Assembly (NCBI GenBank): GCA_964607485.1
Contig: CAZSKP010000021.1
Span: 13,500-77,499 of the forward strand
Direction of reading: 5' to 3'
Source: an uncultured bacterium
Lineage (GTDB): Bacteria > Abyssobacteria > SURF-5
Length of the DNA: 64,000 nucleotides
Position numbers and translations under genes: made by a program. Position 1 is the first letter of the stretch. Every line of letters starts with the position of its first letter. Positions 54,679 through 63,387 of the stretch are shown here, piece after piece. The notes beneath the pieces are model-generated. The model was given only the letters and a program-made list of their open reading frames with translations. It was not told the DNA's origin and ran no database searches.

Positions 54679-54714
54679 GCAACACGAAGGAAGCTATACG
54701 ATTGCGACCATCCA

Positions 54715-55674
54715 CTAGCGGTCCAGCCGATAATTCAGCTTGTCTTCGTGGTACACAATCTCATACTTCTGCTTCAGCCTATTCACAAGATCTACATACA
54801 ATTTCCAGTAAATCCGCTGCTTAACGCTATCAAACGGCGCCCTGTCAATGCGTCCGATGCACACGGCCACGCCGTATTGCTCGGAATCTTCCGTGTGAAT
54901 GCGAAACGGCTCTGATAGCTGGCCTTTCTCCAGCTTCTCCACTTTTTCCCTCATCTCCGGGAGAATGTTCGACAAGGGTGTCGGCGGCGTCAATCCCAGG
55001 AAAATAGCCTGAGGAGGGTTCTCCAGGCTCTCGAAGGCGCCAGTCAGGGTCGTGCCTCCCTGCGCTACCTTCTTGTGAATGGCATCGATGACTTTGCTGT
55101 GCGGGGCGTCAACCACCAACAGCTCGTATCTCACAATAGGAGACGCAAGCTTGAACTCCTGAGCGTGTTCATCATAGAATTTGCGCAAGGACGCCTCGGA
55201 GAGTTCCAGCATCAGCATTTTATTAATCATGAGCCGATCGTGCATCTGCTTGATTTCATCGCGTGAATGCCCCTCACCTTCGTGTGCGTGCTCGTGGTCG
55301 GCTCCACCGCCCTTCATTCCTTCCACAAGGCCCGCCACGCCCTCGTCGTGCTGTTCCTTGCGTTCAAAGGCGAGATCCACCTCCTCGTCGGAGACATCTA
55401 TGCCGAGCGCTTTCGCCTCATCTGCGAGAAGCCTTTCGACGACCATTGCCTCCAAAACAGCGCGACGCGCTTTCAGGCGGACCGTCATGTCGTCGTCATT
55501 CGTCTTCGCACGCTGCTCGAAGGGCATGTTCCTGATTTCCCTCAGTAAGTCGTTGAGCCGTATCGGCTCTTTATCGACCTCCGCGACAACGTCGCGTCCT
55601 TCCTCCACCAGCAGCCCGCACGCCGCGCACAAGAGGACCGCCCCTGCGCAGAATAGCACTCTGAATCTTTTCAT
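54715..55674 (-). CDS. SurA/PrsA-like exported chaperone lipoprotein
   Basis: CAAC lipobox-like, VVAEVDKEPI, LLADEAKALGIDVSDEEV, degenerate parvulin (KGQLSEPF). Confidence 0.75.
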   Translation of the reverse strand: MKRFRVLFCAGAVLLCAACGLLVEEGRDVVAEVDKEPIRLNDLLREIRNMPFEQRAKTNDDDMTVRLKARRAVLEAMVVERLLADEAKALGIDVSDEEVDLAFERKEQHDEGVAGLVEGMKGGGADHEHAHEGEGHSRDEIKQMHDRLMINKMLMLELSEASLRKFYDEHAQEFKLASPIVRYELLVVDAPHSKVIDAIHKKVAQGGTTLTGAFESLENPPQAIFLGLTPPTPLSNILPEMREKVEKLEKGQLSEPFRIHTEDSEQYGVAVCIGRIDRAPFDSVKQRIYWKLYVDLVNRLKQKYEIVYHEDKLNYRLDR

Positions 55675-55961
55675 GAGACCTTCCTTTCTCGATAAGTGCT
55701 GTCATTATATCATGGTATTGTGAGTTTCACAAACCACTCACCCTCACTGCCCGATTCTGCGCCGCATCCATGAGATCTTTGGCTGCAATGCCGGCCGCCT
55801 CCGGGTTGCATTCTGCTACCCGATGTGGTACCATCGGTCGGTCAATATTGCGGCTGTATTCTTCGTTCCGTCGAAGAAAATCCTTCAGAAACGGCTCATC
55901 GGCCCGCTCAAAGGCGTTGAGCAATCGCCGGGTCGGGGCAGAGGAGAGGTGAGAGAGCAGC

Positions 55962-56867
55962 ATGGCGGTTCTGGTTGTCGGCTCGGTTGCGCTGGACACG
56001 GTGATAACCCCGTTCGGCAAGAATGAGGAGGCGCTCGGAGGCTCCGCAACGTATTTTGCGTTCGCGGCAAGCTATTTCGACCGCACCCGCATAGTGGCCG
56101 TCGTCGGCGACGATTTCCCGAAAGAGCACACACAGACCTTGCGCAGTCGGAGCATCGACCTGGAGGGTCTGGAGGTGAAGCCGGGAAAGACGTTCAGGTG
56201 GGCGGGTGAGTATGGATACGACCTCAATGAGCGCGAGACCCTGTCAACCCACTTGAATGTGTTCGAACAGTTTCATCCGAAGCTGCCCGAGAGCTATAAG
56301 GCCTCCGAGTTCGTGTTCCTCGGGAATATCCATCCCAGCCTTCAGCTTGAGGTCGTTGACCAGATCGTGTCGGCCAGGTTTGTCGCCTGTGACACCATGA
56401 ATCTCTGGATAGAGAACGAACGGGAAACCCTTTCCGAAGTCATCAAACGAGTGGATGCGATCGTGCTGAACGACTCCGAGGCACGCGAGTTGGCGCACGA
56501 GCCCAATCTCGCGAAAGCCGCCCGCCGAATTCAAGACATGGGCTGCTTGATGGTTATCATAAAGAAGGGCGAGCACGGCTGCCTGTTCTTCACCCCACGC
56601 AGCCATTTTGCGGCCCCCGCGTATCCGCTCGAATCGGTCCACGACCCGACGGGTGCCGGCGACGCTTTTGCAGGCGGATTCATGGGATTCCTCTCGCAAA
56701 ACGGGAAATTGGACGACCTAAGTATCCGGCGCGCAATAATATATGGAAGTGTGCTCGCGTCGTTCACCGTTGAGAAGTTCGGGGTGGAAAGCCTTCTCGG
56801 CCTCTCAAAAGAGCAGGTCTCGGCGCGCTACAAGGAATTCCTGGAGATAACCCGCTTCGACGGCTAG
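55962..56867 (+). CDS. PfkB family carbohydrate/nucleoside kinase
   Basis: VGSVALD..GGSA, DPTGAGDAFAGG. Confidence 0.93.
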   Translation: MAVLVVGSVALDTVITPFGKNEEALGGSATYFAFAASYFDRTRIVAVVGDDFPKEHTQTLRSRSIDLEGLEVKPGKTFRWAGEYGYDLNERETLSTHLNVFEQFHPKLPESYKASEFVFLGNIHPSLQLEVVDQIVSARFVACDTMNLWIENERETLSEVIKRVDAIVLNDSEARELAHEPNLAKAARRIQDMGCLMVIIKKGEHGCLFFTPRSHFAAPAYPLESVHDPTGAGDAFAGGFMGFLSQNGKLDDLSIRRAIIYGSVLASFTVEKFGVESLLGLSKEQVSARYKEFLEITRFDG

Positions 56868-56903
56868 CCGCGCATCCGTGCGCCTTCCCAGCGAAGATTT
56901 GTC

Positions 56904-56932
56904 TTGCAATTTCCGCCTCTCCGCGTTATAAT
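56904..56932 (+). promoter_or_regulatory. sigma70 promoter for tRNA-Gly
   Basis: TTGCAA-17 bp-TATAAT. Confidence 0.7.
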
Positions 56933-56945
56933 TTCGAAGGAATAG

Positions 56946-57018
56946 GCGGGATTAACTCAGCTGGTAGAGTGTCAGCTTCCCAAGCTGAAAGTCGCGGGTT
57001 CGAATCCCGTATCCCGCT
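56946..57018 (+). tRNA. tRNA-Gly (anticodon CCC)
   Basis: GCGGGAT/ATCCCGC acceptor stem, TCAGC-TT-CCC-AA-GCTGA anticodon arm, GGTTCGAATCC T arm. Confidence 0.96.
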
Positions 57019-57057
57019 CCGATTCCCTCGTCGGCAGGGGAGGAGGAAACATCATTC

Positions 57058-57279
57058 ATGCCCATCTACGAATTCGAATGCGAAAAATGCCACCACGCCT
57101 TTGAGGCCTTGCTGCCCACATCGACTGCCCCGTTCCCACGCTGCGAGAAATGCCGAAGCAAGCGAGTGCGAAAGTGCATCTCGCGCTTCGGATTCTCCAG
57201 CGGCGGCAAGACGGTCACCTCCACGGGCTCCTCAGGGTGCAGCTCCTGCAGCTCCTCAAGCTGCTCTACCTGCCACTGA
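57058..57279 (+). CDS. FmdB-family zinc ribbon protein
   Basis: MPIYEFECEKC..CEKC; Cys/Ser-rich tail CSSCSSSSCSTCH; AGGAGG RBS. Confidence 0.9.
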   Translation: MPIYEFECEKCHHAFEALLPTSTAPFPRCEKCRSKRVRKCISRFGFSSGGKTVTSTGSSGCSSCSSSSCSTCH

Positions 57280-57742
57280 CCTCCACCCGGGCCAAATGCC
57301 ACCATCAAGCCATCTCCACTGTGCTAAATTCTCATATTTCAGCGATATTTGGCCACCGTGCCATCGCTCTGGGCGTTATTGTCATCCGACGCGACTCATA
57401 ACCTCCAATCGAATTTAAGGTTATGGTGACCCAGCTCGCGACCTTCTTCAGGTAAAAATCGCCCTCCGGAGGTCGAACCCAACATCGCTCTGGGCCAAAT
57501 CCAGGGCGTACTGGGCCACTTGTCCGGCTCCTCGGGCTTGCCCAAGTAGACATAACGTATATTATCGGACATGCTCGGTGCCACAAATCCGGCCTCGAAG
57601 GCCTCATCTAAGGCGCCAACGGCAGCGCCTGAGCTGGGCCCTCTATGGGTCTCAACCGTCACGGGAATGACAAAGGGGCGCCTCGGAGGTCCTTCAGACG
57701 TCCGTGAGCGGGCCGATCAGACGGGCAAGGCTTCTTCCTGGC

Positions 57743-58327
57743 TCACGCTTTCTCTTTGTTGCGCTTGAACAAGATGGGTTCGGGAAGCCGCAGATGCAAT
57801 CCAGTGACCTCCCCGTATCTCTGGCGAAGGTCTTCGTGCCGAAGCCGAAGGAAGCGTGTCCACCGCCGGCTGTGGCGACTGTTGAGATAGCGTTTCGACA
57901 GAGACTCGGCGATCCTGTCGTACTCCTTCTCCGACCGGGAGTGCTGGTAGTACTTGCCCGGGAATCGCCGAATGTCGCCGTTGAAGGCGGGATTGATGTG
58001 ATAGAGCTCGTGGAAGATGATCATCATCTTCTCATCGAAGCTCAAATTCTGGAATCTTGGCAGGCAGAAGTATATTGCATAGAGAATCTCGCGGCCGTCG
58101 TGCATGGTTTTCGGCATTTTGCAATACCAGTCGCCTGCGGCCTGTATCACTCGGCGGCCGCCCTGGAACTTCAGCGGCACGAGCTTCGCCTGAAGTCCGT
58201 GTTTCTTGTTGTTCCGGGAGCGCGAGACTCCCACCAGGATCTTGCGACTGTCTATATGATTGAAGGCCTGGCACCGCCGTGAGATATCGGCAATTAGTCT
58301 CTTCATATGATAGGAATAATCGAACAT
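57743..58327 (-). CDS. putative HExxH metallopeptidase
   Basis: LPRFQNL..IFHELYHI..GDIRRF; start placed at MFDYS because a promoter lies inside the longer ORF. Confidence 0.8.
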   Translation of the reverse strand: MFDYSYHMKRLIADISRRCQAFNHIDSRKILVGVSRSRNNKKHGLQAKLVPLKFQGGRRVIQAAGDWYCKMPKTMHDGREILYAIYFCLPRFQNLSFDEKMMIIFHELYHINPAFNGDIRRFPGKYYQHSRSEKEYDRIAESLSKRYLNSRHSRRWTRFLRLRHEDLRQRYGEVTGLHLRLPEPILFKRNKEKA

Positions 58328-58471
58328 CGCTGTACCCTTTGAACAATTTAACTGCTCATCGGTGAGGTTGTCGCCAACCTTGCTTATGCTAACGACAGAG
58401 GACCCTTCACGCAAGAAGGACGACCGGGCGCCGCGACGGGCATAAACAGGCATTGCCCCGGTCTGGAAGTA

Positions 58472-58500
58472 AATATACACAAACGGCATATCCGTGTCAA
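58472..58500 (-). promoter_or_regulatory. sigma70 promoter for the metallopeptidase gene
   Basis: minus strand TTGACA-17 bp-TATATT. Confidence 0.65.
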
Positions 58501-58658
58501 TACTAAAAAAATTTAAGTTGTAAAGGGTTCAGATGAAAGGACTTAAGAGATATACAGTGAAGGGCTTCGGCACCCCGAAAAGCGGGTTTCGCCGCCTCAG
58601 CGGAAGCCTGCCCTTCGGAGGTGAAGTCTGTGGTGTGTTGTGCTCCAGGCGCTGACAG

Positions 58659-59456
58659 TTAATCGGCCAACTTACGTCTGAGTCGTTGGAACTCCCTCAT
58701 TATGTCCGGCAGCTCGCTGAGAATCGCCTGCAAGGATTCCTCGAATTCGACAGGCTTCGCCGGAGTTCCCATCACGTGCTGGCCGTCGCTCAGCTTCTTA
58801 ACTATCGCGGAAGATGGGTGTATGGTGACATGCTTCCCGATTTCTATATGGTTGATGATGCCCGCGCGCTCTCCTATGTAGGATTCGGCGCCGATGGTCG
58901 TGCTTCCGGCAATGCCCACCTGCGGCCGCACCACGGTATCTTCTCCTACGTCCACGTTATGGCCGATCTGCACGAGGTTCTCGATTCGCGCGCCGCACCG
59001 TATGCGCGTTGCGCCGACTGTTGCCCTGTCGATGGTCACATTGGAACCGATCCAGACGTCGTCTTCGATGTCAACAATGCCCACTTGAGGAATCTTGTGG
59101 TTCACTCCCGAGCCGTTCGTGAATCCGAATCCATCGCTTCCGATGACCGAGCCGCTGTTGATGGTGACGTTTCGGCCGATTCGAATCCGTTCGCGAATCG
59201 CCACGTGAGGATGAATAAACGTGCCGGCCCCGATCCGGACCATGGGGCCGATGGAGACGTGGGGACAGATCTCGACTTCCTCCTCGATTTCGGCTCCATC
59301 ATCTATCACCACAAAGGCATGAATTCTTGCGCCCTTCCCAATGCTCACATTTCGTCCGATCACTGCAGTATGGTGCACAAAACCATTTCGACTTCCGGGC
59401 TCGAATTCGTGGTGAGCAACATCTTCTGCGCGTGCCGCTACCGGGGCTCTCAACAT
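58659..59456 (-). CDS. LpxD-like left-handed beta-helix N-acyltransferase, N-terminally short
   Basis: hexapeptide repeats, [36 protein letters not shown]. Confidence 0.85.
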   Translation of the reverse strand: MLRAPVAARAEDVAHHEFEPGSRNGFVHHTAVIGRNVSIGKGARIHAFVVIDDGAEIEEEVEICPHVSIGPMVRIGAGTFIHPHVAIRERIRIGRNVTINSGSVIGSDGFGFTNGSGVNHKIPQVGIVDIEDDVWIGSNVTIDRATVGATRIRCGARIENLVQIGHNVDVGEDTVVRPQVGIAGSTTIGAESYIGERAGIINHIEIGKHVTIHPSSAIVKKLSDGQHVMGTPAKPVEFEESLQAILSELPDIMREFQRLRRKLAD

Positions 59457-59761
59457 GGTGTTTCTCCTATCCGCAAGAAATTGCGCTCTCGCTCACTCAG
59501 TATACTCCTCTTGGCGAAAGAGCAATAATTATACCAGATTCGTTCGCTGGGTCCCCATCGCCCGGCTCAGTAGTGTTAAGTAATTGTCAGAGAAGAGGTT
59601 GTAAAACATACGGCACGGTGGCTAGAGACTTGGGGATAGACGGAAAAATACAGAATTGAACAATTTGGCCCGTTGAATTGCAGAAAAAAAGCGATTTTTT
59701 CGAAGCAACTTCAACAATGTCAATATGTTAGAAAAACGGGCCAAAAGGGCCGAAATCTATT

Positions 59762-61174
59762 TCAGTCATTCTCCGGCTCTTCTCGATAATCGCCGAGGCC
59801 ATATTTCTCGACTTTGTACCGCATGATTTTACGCGTAACTCCAAGCAATTCAGCAGCTTTCGTCTTGTTTCCACTCGTCTTTTCAAGCGCCTCTTTTATC
59901 AATCGCTTCTCGATTTCTTCGACTGTCTCTATCAGCGGAAGCCCATCATCGGGCAATTTTAGCCCATCAAGAAGGCTCAGCCTCGGCTCGGATTGTACGC
60001 GCAGCCGCGTTACTTGAGACGGGAAGCTCTCGATTCCCAGAACATCCGATTTGCCCAGGACCATCGCCCGCTCTATCAGGTTTTCGAGCTCGCGCACGTT
60101 TCCCGGCCAATCATATTCCGTCAGCCGCTTCAGAGCTTCATCAGAAGTAGCCTTTATGTTCTTGCCGAGCTCTCGATTCAGTTTTGAGATGCAGTGATCG
60201 ACCAGCAGCGGGATGTCTTCCCTGCGTTCCCTCAGCGGCGGCAGGTGAATCTCAACCACATTCAAACGGTAGTAGAGGTCCTCGCGAAACGCCTTCTCCT
60301 CGAGGAGGCGCTCGAAGTTCTTGTTCGTCGCGCCAATGATGCGGACATCGACCTTTATCGTGTGCGTGCCGCCGACGCGCTCGAACTCCTTCTCCTGAAG
60401 CACCCTCAGCAGTTTGCCCTGTAGCGGAATCGACATGAGCGCCAGTTCGTCGAGAAAGAGAGTGCCCTCGTCGGCCAGCTCGAACCGGCCCTGCCTGTCG
60501 CTATGCGCGCCGGTGAACGCGCCCTTGACATGGCCGAACAATTCGCTTTCGAGAAGATGTTCGGACAGAGCCGCGCAGTTGACGACGACGAAAGGCTTCA
60601 GCCGGCGCGGGCTCTTCGAATGGATCGCGCGGGCGACGAGCTCCTTGCCCGTGCCGCTTTCTCCCGTCACCAACACGGTCGTGTTCGTAGGGGCGACCTG
60701 GTCGATGAGGCGGAACACTTTCTCTATTTTCTCCGACCGGCCGACGAAGTTGCTGATATCGAATCGAGAATCAAGCTCGGCTCGGAGCTGAATGTTTTCT
60801 TTTATCAAAGAACGCTTCTCGATGGCGCGGGAAGCCAGTATGCGGAGTTCCTCCATATCGAGCGGTTTCGTCACATAGTTCTCCGCCCCCAGCGTCATCG
60901 CCTCCACGGCGGTCTTCACCTCTGCGTACGCGGTCATGATGATGACGGGCAATTCCGGCGACACGGTTTTGACATGGCGCAGCAGCTCGATCCCGTTCAT
61001 GCGCGGCATCCGCATATCACATATCACGAGGTCCGGATGCGAGGCGCTCACCTTCTCCATGGCTTCTTCGCCGTTTTCTGCCAGCGTCACCGAGTAGCTG
61101 TCTCCCTCGAAAAACAGCTGAAGCAGCCGCCTCATTTTCGCTTCATCGTCCACCACAAGTATTCTTGCGGGCAT
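59762..61174 (-). CDS. sigma54-dependent response regulator (NtrC/AtoC type)
   Basis: REC (VVDDE, ICDMRMP), GESGTGKE, ESELFGH, GAFTGA, WPGNVREL, Fis HTH. Confidence 0.96.
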   Translation of the reverse strand: MPARILVVDDEAKMRRLLQLFFEGDSYSVTLAENGEEAMEKVSASHPDLVICDMRMPRMNGIELLRHVKTVSPELPVIIMTAYAEVKTAVEAMTLGAENYVTKPLDMEELRILASRAIEKRSLIKENIQLRAELDSRFDISNFVGRSEKIEKVFRLIDQVAPTNTTVLVTGESGTGKELVARAIHSKSPRRLKPFVVVNCAALSEHLLESELFGHVKGAFTGAHSDRQGRFELADEGTLFLDELALMSIPLQGKLLRVLQEKEFERVGGTHTIKVDVRIIGATNKNFERLLEEKAFREDLYYRLNVVEIHLPPLRERREDIPLLVDHCISKLNRELGKNIKATSDEALKRLTEYDWPGNVRELENLIERAMVLGKSDVLGIESFPSQVTRLRVQSEPRLSLLDGLKLPDDGLPLIETVEEIEKRLIKEALEKTSGNKTKAAELLGVTRKIMRYKVEKYGLGDYREEPEND

Positions 61175-61179
61175 CTCCC

Positions 61180-63387
61180 CTACCCCTTCGTTCCATCCGA
61201 ATTTGTTGTCGGCAAAGAAATTATGAAGGTCGTTCCCGTGCCCTCCCTGCTGGTTACCCTGATTCGCCCGCCGTGGTTTTCAATTATCTTGTGAACCAAC
61301 GACAGCCCCAGCCCCACTCCGTCGTCTTTCGTGGAGAAGAACGGGTCGAAGATTCTCGACAGCACGTCGGGGTGTATGCCTTGTCCCGTGTCCGAGATGA
61401 CCACATCTACCATCGCCGGCGCAGTCTCCGAGGAATTCGACAGCAAGCCCGGGGAGAAATTGCCGGCGGCGGCATCCTCCCTGTCGGCGGAGACCCGCGC
61501 GGATAGCCTGGTCTGCACCCTCAGGGTACCGACCCCGTTCATCGCCTGGAAGGCATTCATGCATAAATTCAGGAACACCTGGTGACATTGCTCGGGATCT
61601 GCAAGCACCCTGGGGAGGTCGGGCGCAAGCTCTCTCTCAATCGAGATTCTTGCCGAATGCGCCTCGTTTTCGAGAAAAGTCATGGTATGCTCGACCAATC
61701 CGTTGATATCCACGAGTTCGAGGTTCGGCTCCGACGGCCTCGCAAACTGGAGAAAATTCGTGACAACCTTGTTGAGCCGGTCCACTTCCTCGACGATGTA
61801 ATTCGTCAGTTCCCGCCTCTTTGATTCATCCTGGATTCGGTCGCGAAGCATTTCGGCGGAATTCTTGATGATGCCCAGAGGGTTCCGAATTTCGTGCGCC
61901 ACGCCGGCGGAAAGCTCGCCCAGCGCCGCCAGCCTGTTGCGTCGCTGCATTTCGTGTTCCAGCTCCCTCAGTTGGTACAGCTTCTTCGTCATGATGTTGA
62001 AGGCTCGACCGAGGTCTCCTATCTCGTCCTTCGTGTCCGCCTCGAAGTGCTGGTCCAAATCGCCGTCGGCGACCGCGAGCACCTTTCTGTACAGACTCCG
62101 TATGGGCCGCGAGATGCCTCGAGATATCGTGTAGCCGATGACGACCGCCAGCAAGAATCCCAGCGTGAGTATGACGGGAAAGAAGTACCACGTGGTAACG
62201 GTGGCCTCAAACGTGTATTTTCGGGGGATGCCAACGAATACCAGTCCGAGCACCTTGCCCCCGTAACCGACCAGCGGCTGGTAAATGGCGCGGTACGGCT
62301 CGCCCTTGAGGAGAGCGTCGCGCTCGTAGTAGCGTTGTTTATCGACGAATATGCTTTGCTTCATCATCGACGTCATCGGCAGGTCTTTGATGGCGCCCAC
62401 CAGCGGGTCTTCGTGCGACTTGAATTCGAGCTCGACCCTCCGGTTCAGCGCCCTGCCTTCCTCACTCGTTTCAGGCGCAATCGCACGCGTCTCGCCGAAG
62501 CTTATCGTCTGTATCCGCGACGAATCTATTCCCTCTTCCACCAGCGCCGCCTTCACGGCCTCGGCGCGTTTGCGTCCGACCCAATAGTTGCTTCTCTCCG
62601 AGCCCGTGGAATCGGTATGACCCTCGATTATCAATGTCAGCTCGGGATGCTCGCGCATAATCGAGGCGATTTCCCTTATCTTTCCCGCCGCCGCTTCCGG
62701 AATCTCGTAACTGCTCCCCTTGAAGAAGATGCTCGACGGCCCGGCCGGAATCCTCTCATGGAATACGCGGATGTCGGCGCCCGTCATGATTTCGAGGTCT
62801 TGGGCGAAGCTCTTGCCCAGCACGTACGCTATCGCCAGCGTGCCGTACTGGCGGTCCCCTTCGGTTATCGGGACGATGGCTCCTGCAAGCAGGGTCTGAA
62901 TCTTGTTTATTTCCGCCTCCATCACCGTCTTGGTGATAGTCGGGGGAACCTGAGGCGGCGGCGAGGGCGGACCGCTGCCGGGAACCGGCTGACCGCTGGG
63001 CACCCAGAGTCCGATAGGCGCCTCGCTTCCCGATGAAATGGGTGGAGTGAAAAGATAGGGTACCTTTTCCTTCTTGAGGGTCTCGGCGAAACCGGGCTTC
63101 TCAATCACGGCGCTCAAGCTCTGCACCGCCCGGTCCTCATAGCGATCGATTGCGGAGAGCGCAGTCAAGTTTGCCTCTTGGATTCTTCGCTCGATGTCTC
63201 TTTCTGCCAACTCGGAGGTTATCCGGATGACCAGATACGTCGATACGGCAATGGATATCACCGCGGTGAACACGAACGCCAGGATGAGCTTGTTCTGGAT
63301 GCGCGGTTTGAGCAGTTTCCGCTGGGCGGTCAGCAGCAGGTTTTCCGCAACGTCGGCGACGAAGCGGCCTTCGTTACCCTCTTTCAT
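61180..63387 (-). CDS. sensor histidine kinase with periplasmic OmpA-like domain
   Basis: TM1, Cache-like region interrupted by OmpA_C (IEGHTDSTG..RAEAV..FGE..NRRVE), TM2, HAMP, AHEIRNPL, NAFQAM, DTGQGI, FDPFFSTK, GVGLGL; start approximate. Confidence 0.92.
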   Translation of the reverse strand: MKEGNEGRFVADVAENLLLTAQRKLLKPRIQNKLILAFVFTAVISIAVSTYLVIRITSELAERDIERRIQEANLTALSAIDRYEDRAVQSLSAVIEKPGFAETLKKEKVPYLFTPPISSGSEAPIGLWVPSGQPVPGSGPPSPPPQVPPTITKTVMEAEINKIQTLLAGAIVPITEGDRQYGTLAIAYVLGKSFAQDLEIMTGADIRVFHERIPAGPSSIFFKGSSYEIPEAAAGKIREIASIMREHPELTLIIEGHTDSTGSERSNYWVGRKRAEAVKAALVEEGIDSSRIQTISFGETRAIAPETSEEGRALNRRVELEFKSHEDPLVGAIKDLPMTSMMKQSIFVDKQRYYERDALLKGEPYRAIYQPLVGYGGKVLGLVFVGIPRKYTFEATVTTWYFFPVILTLGFLLAVVIGYTISRGISRPIRSLYRKVLAVADGDLDQHFEADTKDEIGDLGRAFNIMTKKLYQLRELEHEMQRRNRLAALGELSAGVAHEIRNPLGIIKNSAEMLRDRIQDESKRRELTNYIVEEVDRLNKVVTNFLQFARPSEPNLELVDINGLVEHTMTFLENEAHSARISIERELAPDLPRVLADPEQCHQVFLNLCMNAFQAMNGVGTLRVQTRLSARVSADREDAAAGNFSPGLLSNSSETAPAMVDVVISDTGQGIHPDVLSRIFDPFFSTKDDGVGLGLSLVHKIIENHGGRIRVTSREGTGTTFIISLPTTNSDGTKG

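Noticed and set aside
56969-57418. 149 aa ORF starting inside tRNA-Gly
   Set aside because: It overlaps the tRNA and the FmdB-family gene
56946-58327. Prophage or genomic island integrated at tRNA-Gly
   Set aside because: No integrase, no duplicated tRNA 3' end noticed and no phage structural genes; the HExxH peptidase alone is insufficient
59666-59681. sigma54-like TGGCCC...TTGC
   Set aside because: The GG-to-GC spacing is 11 rather than 10, and it points away from the lpxD-like gene
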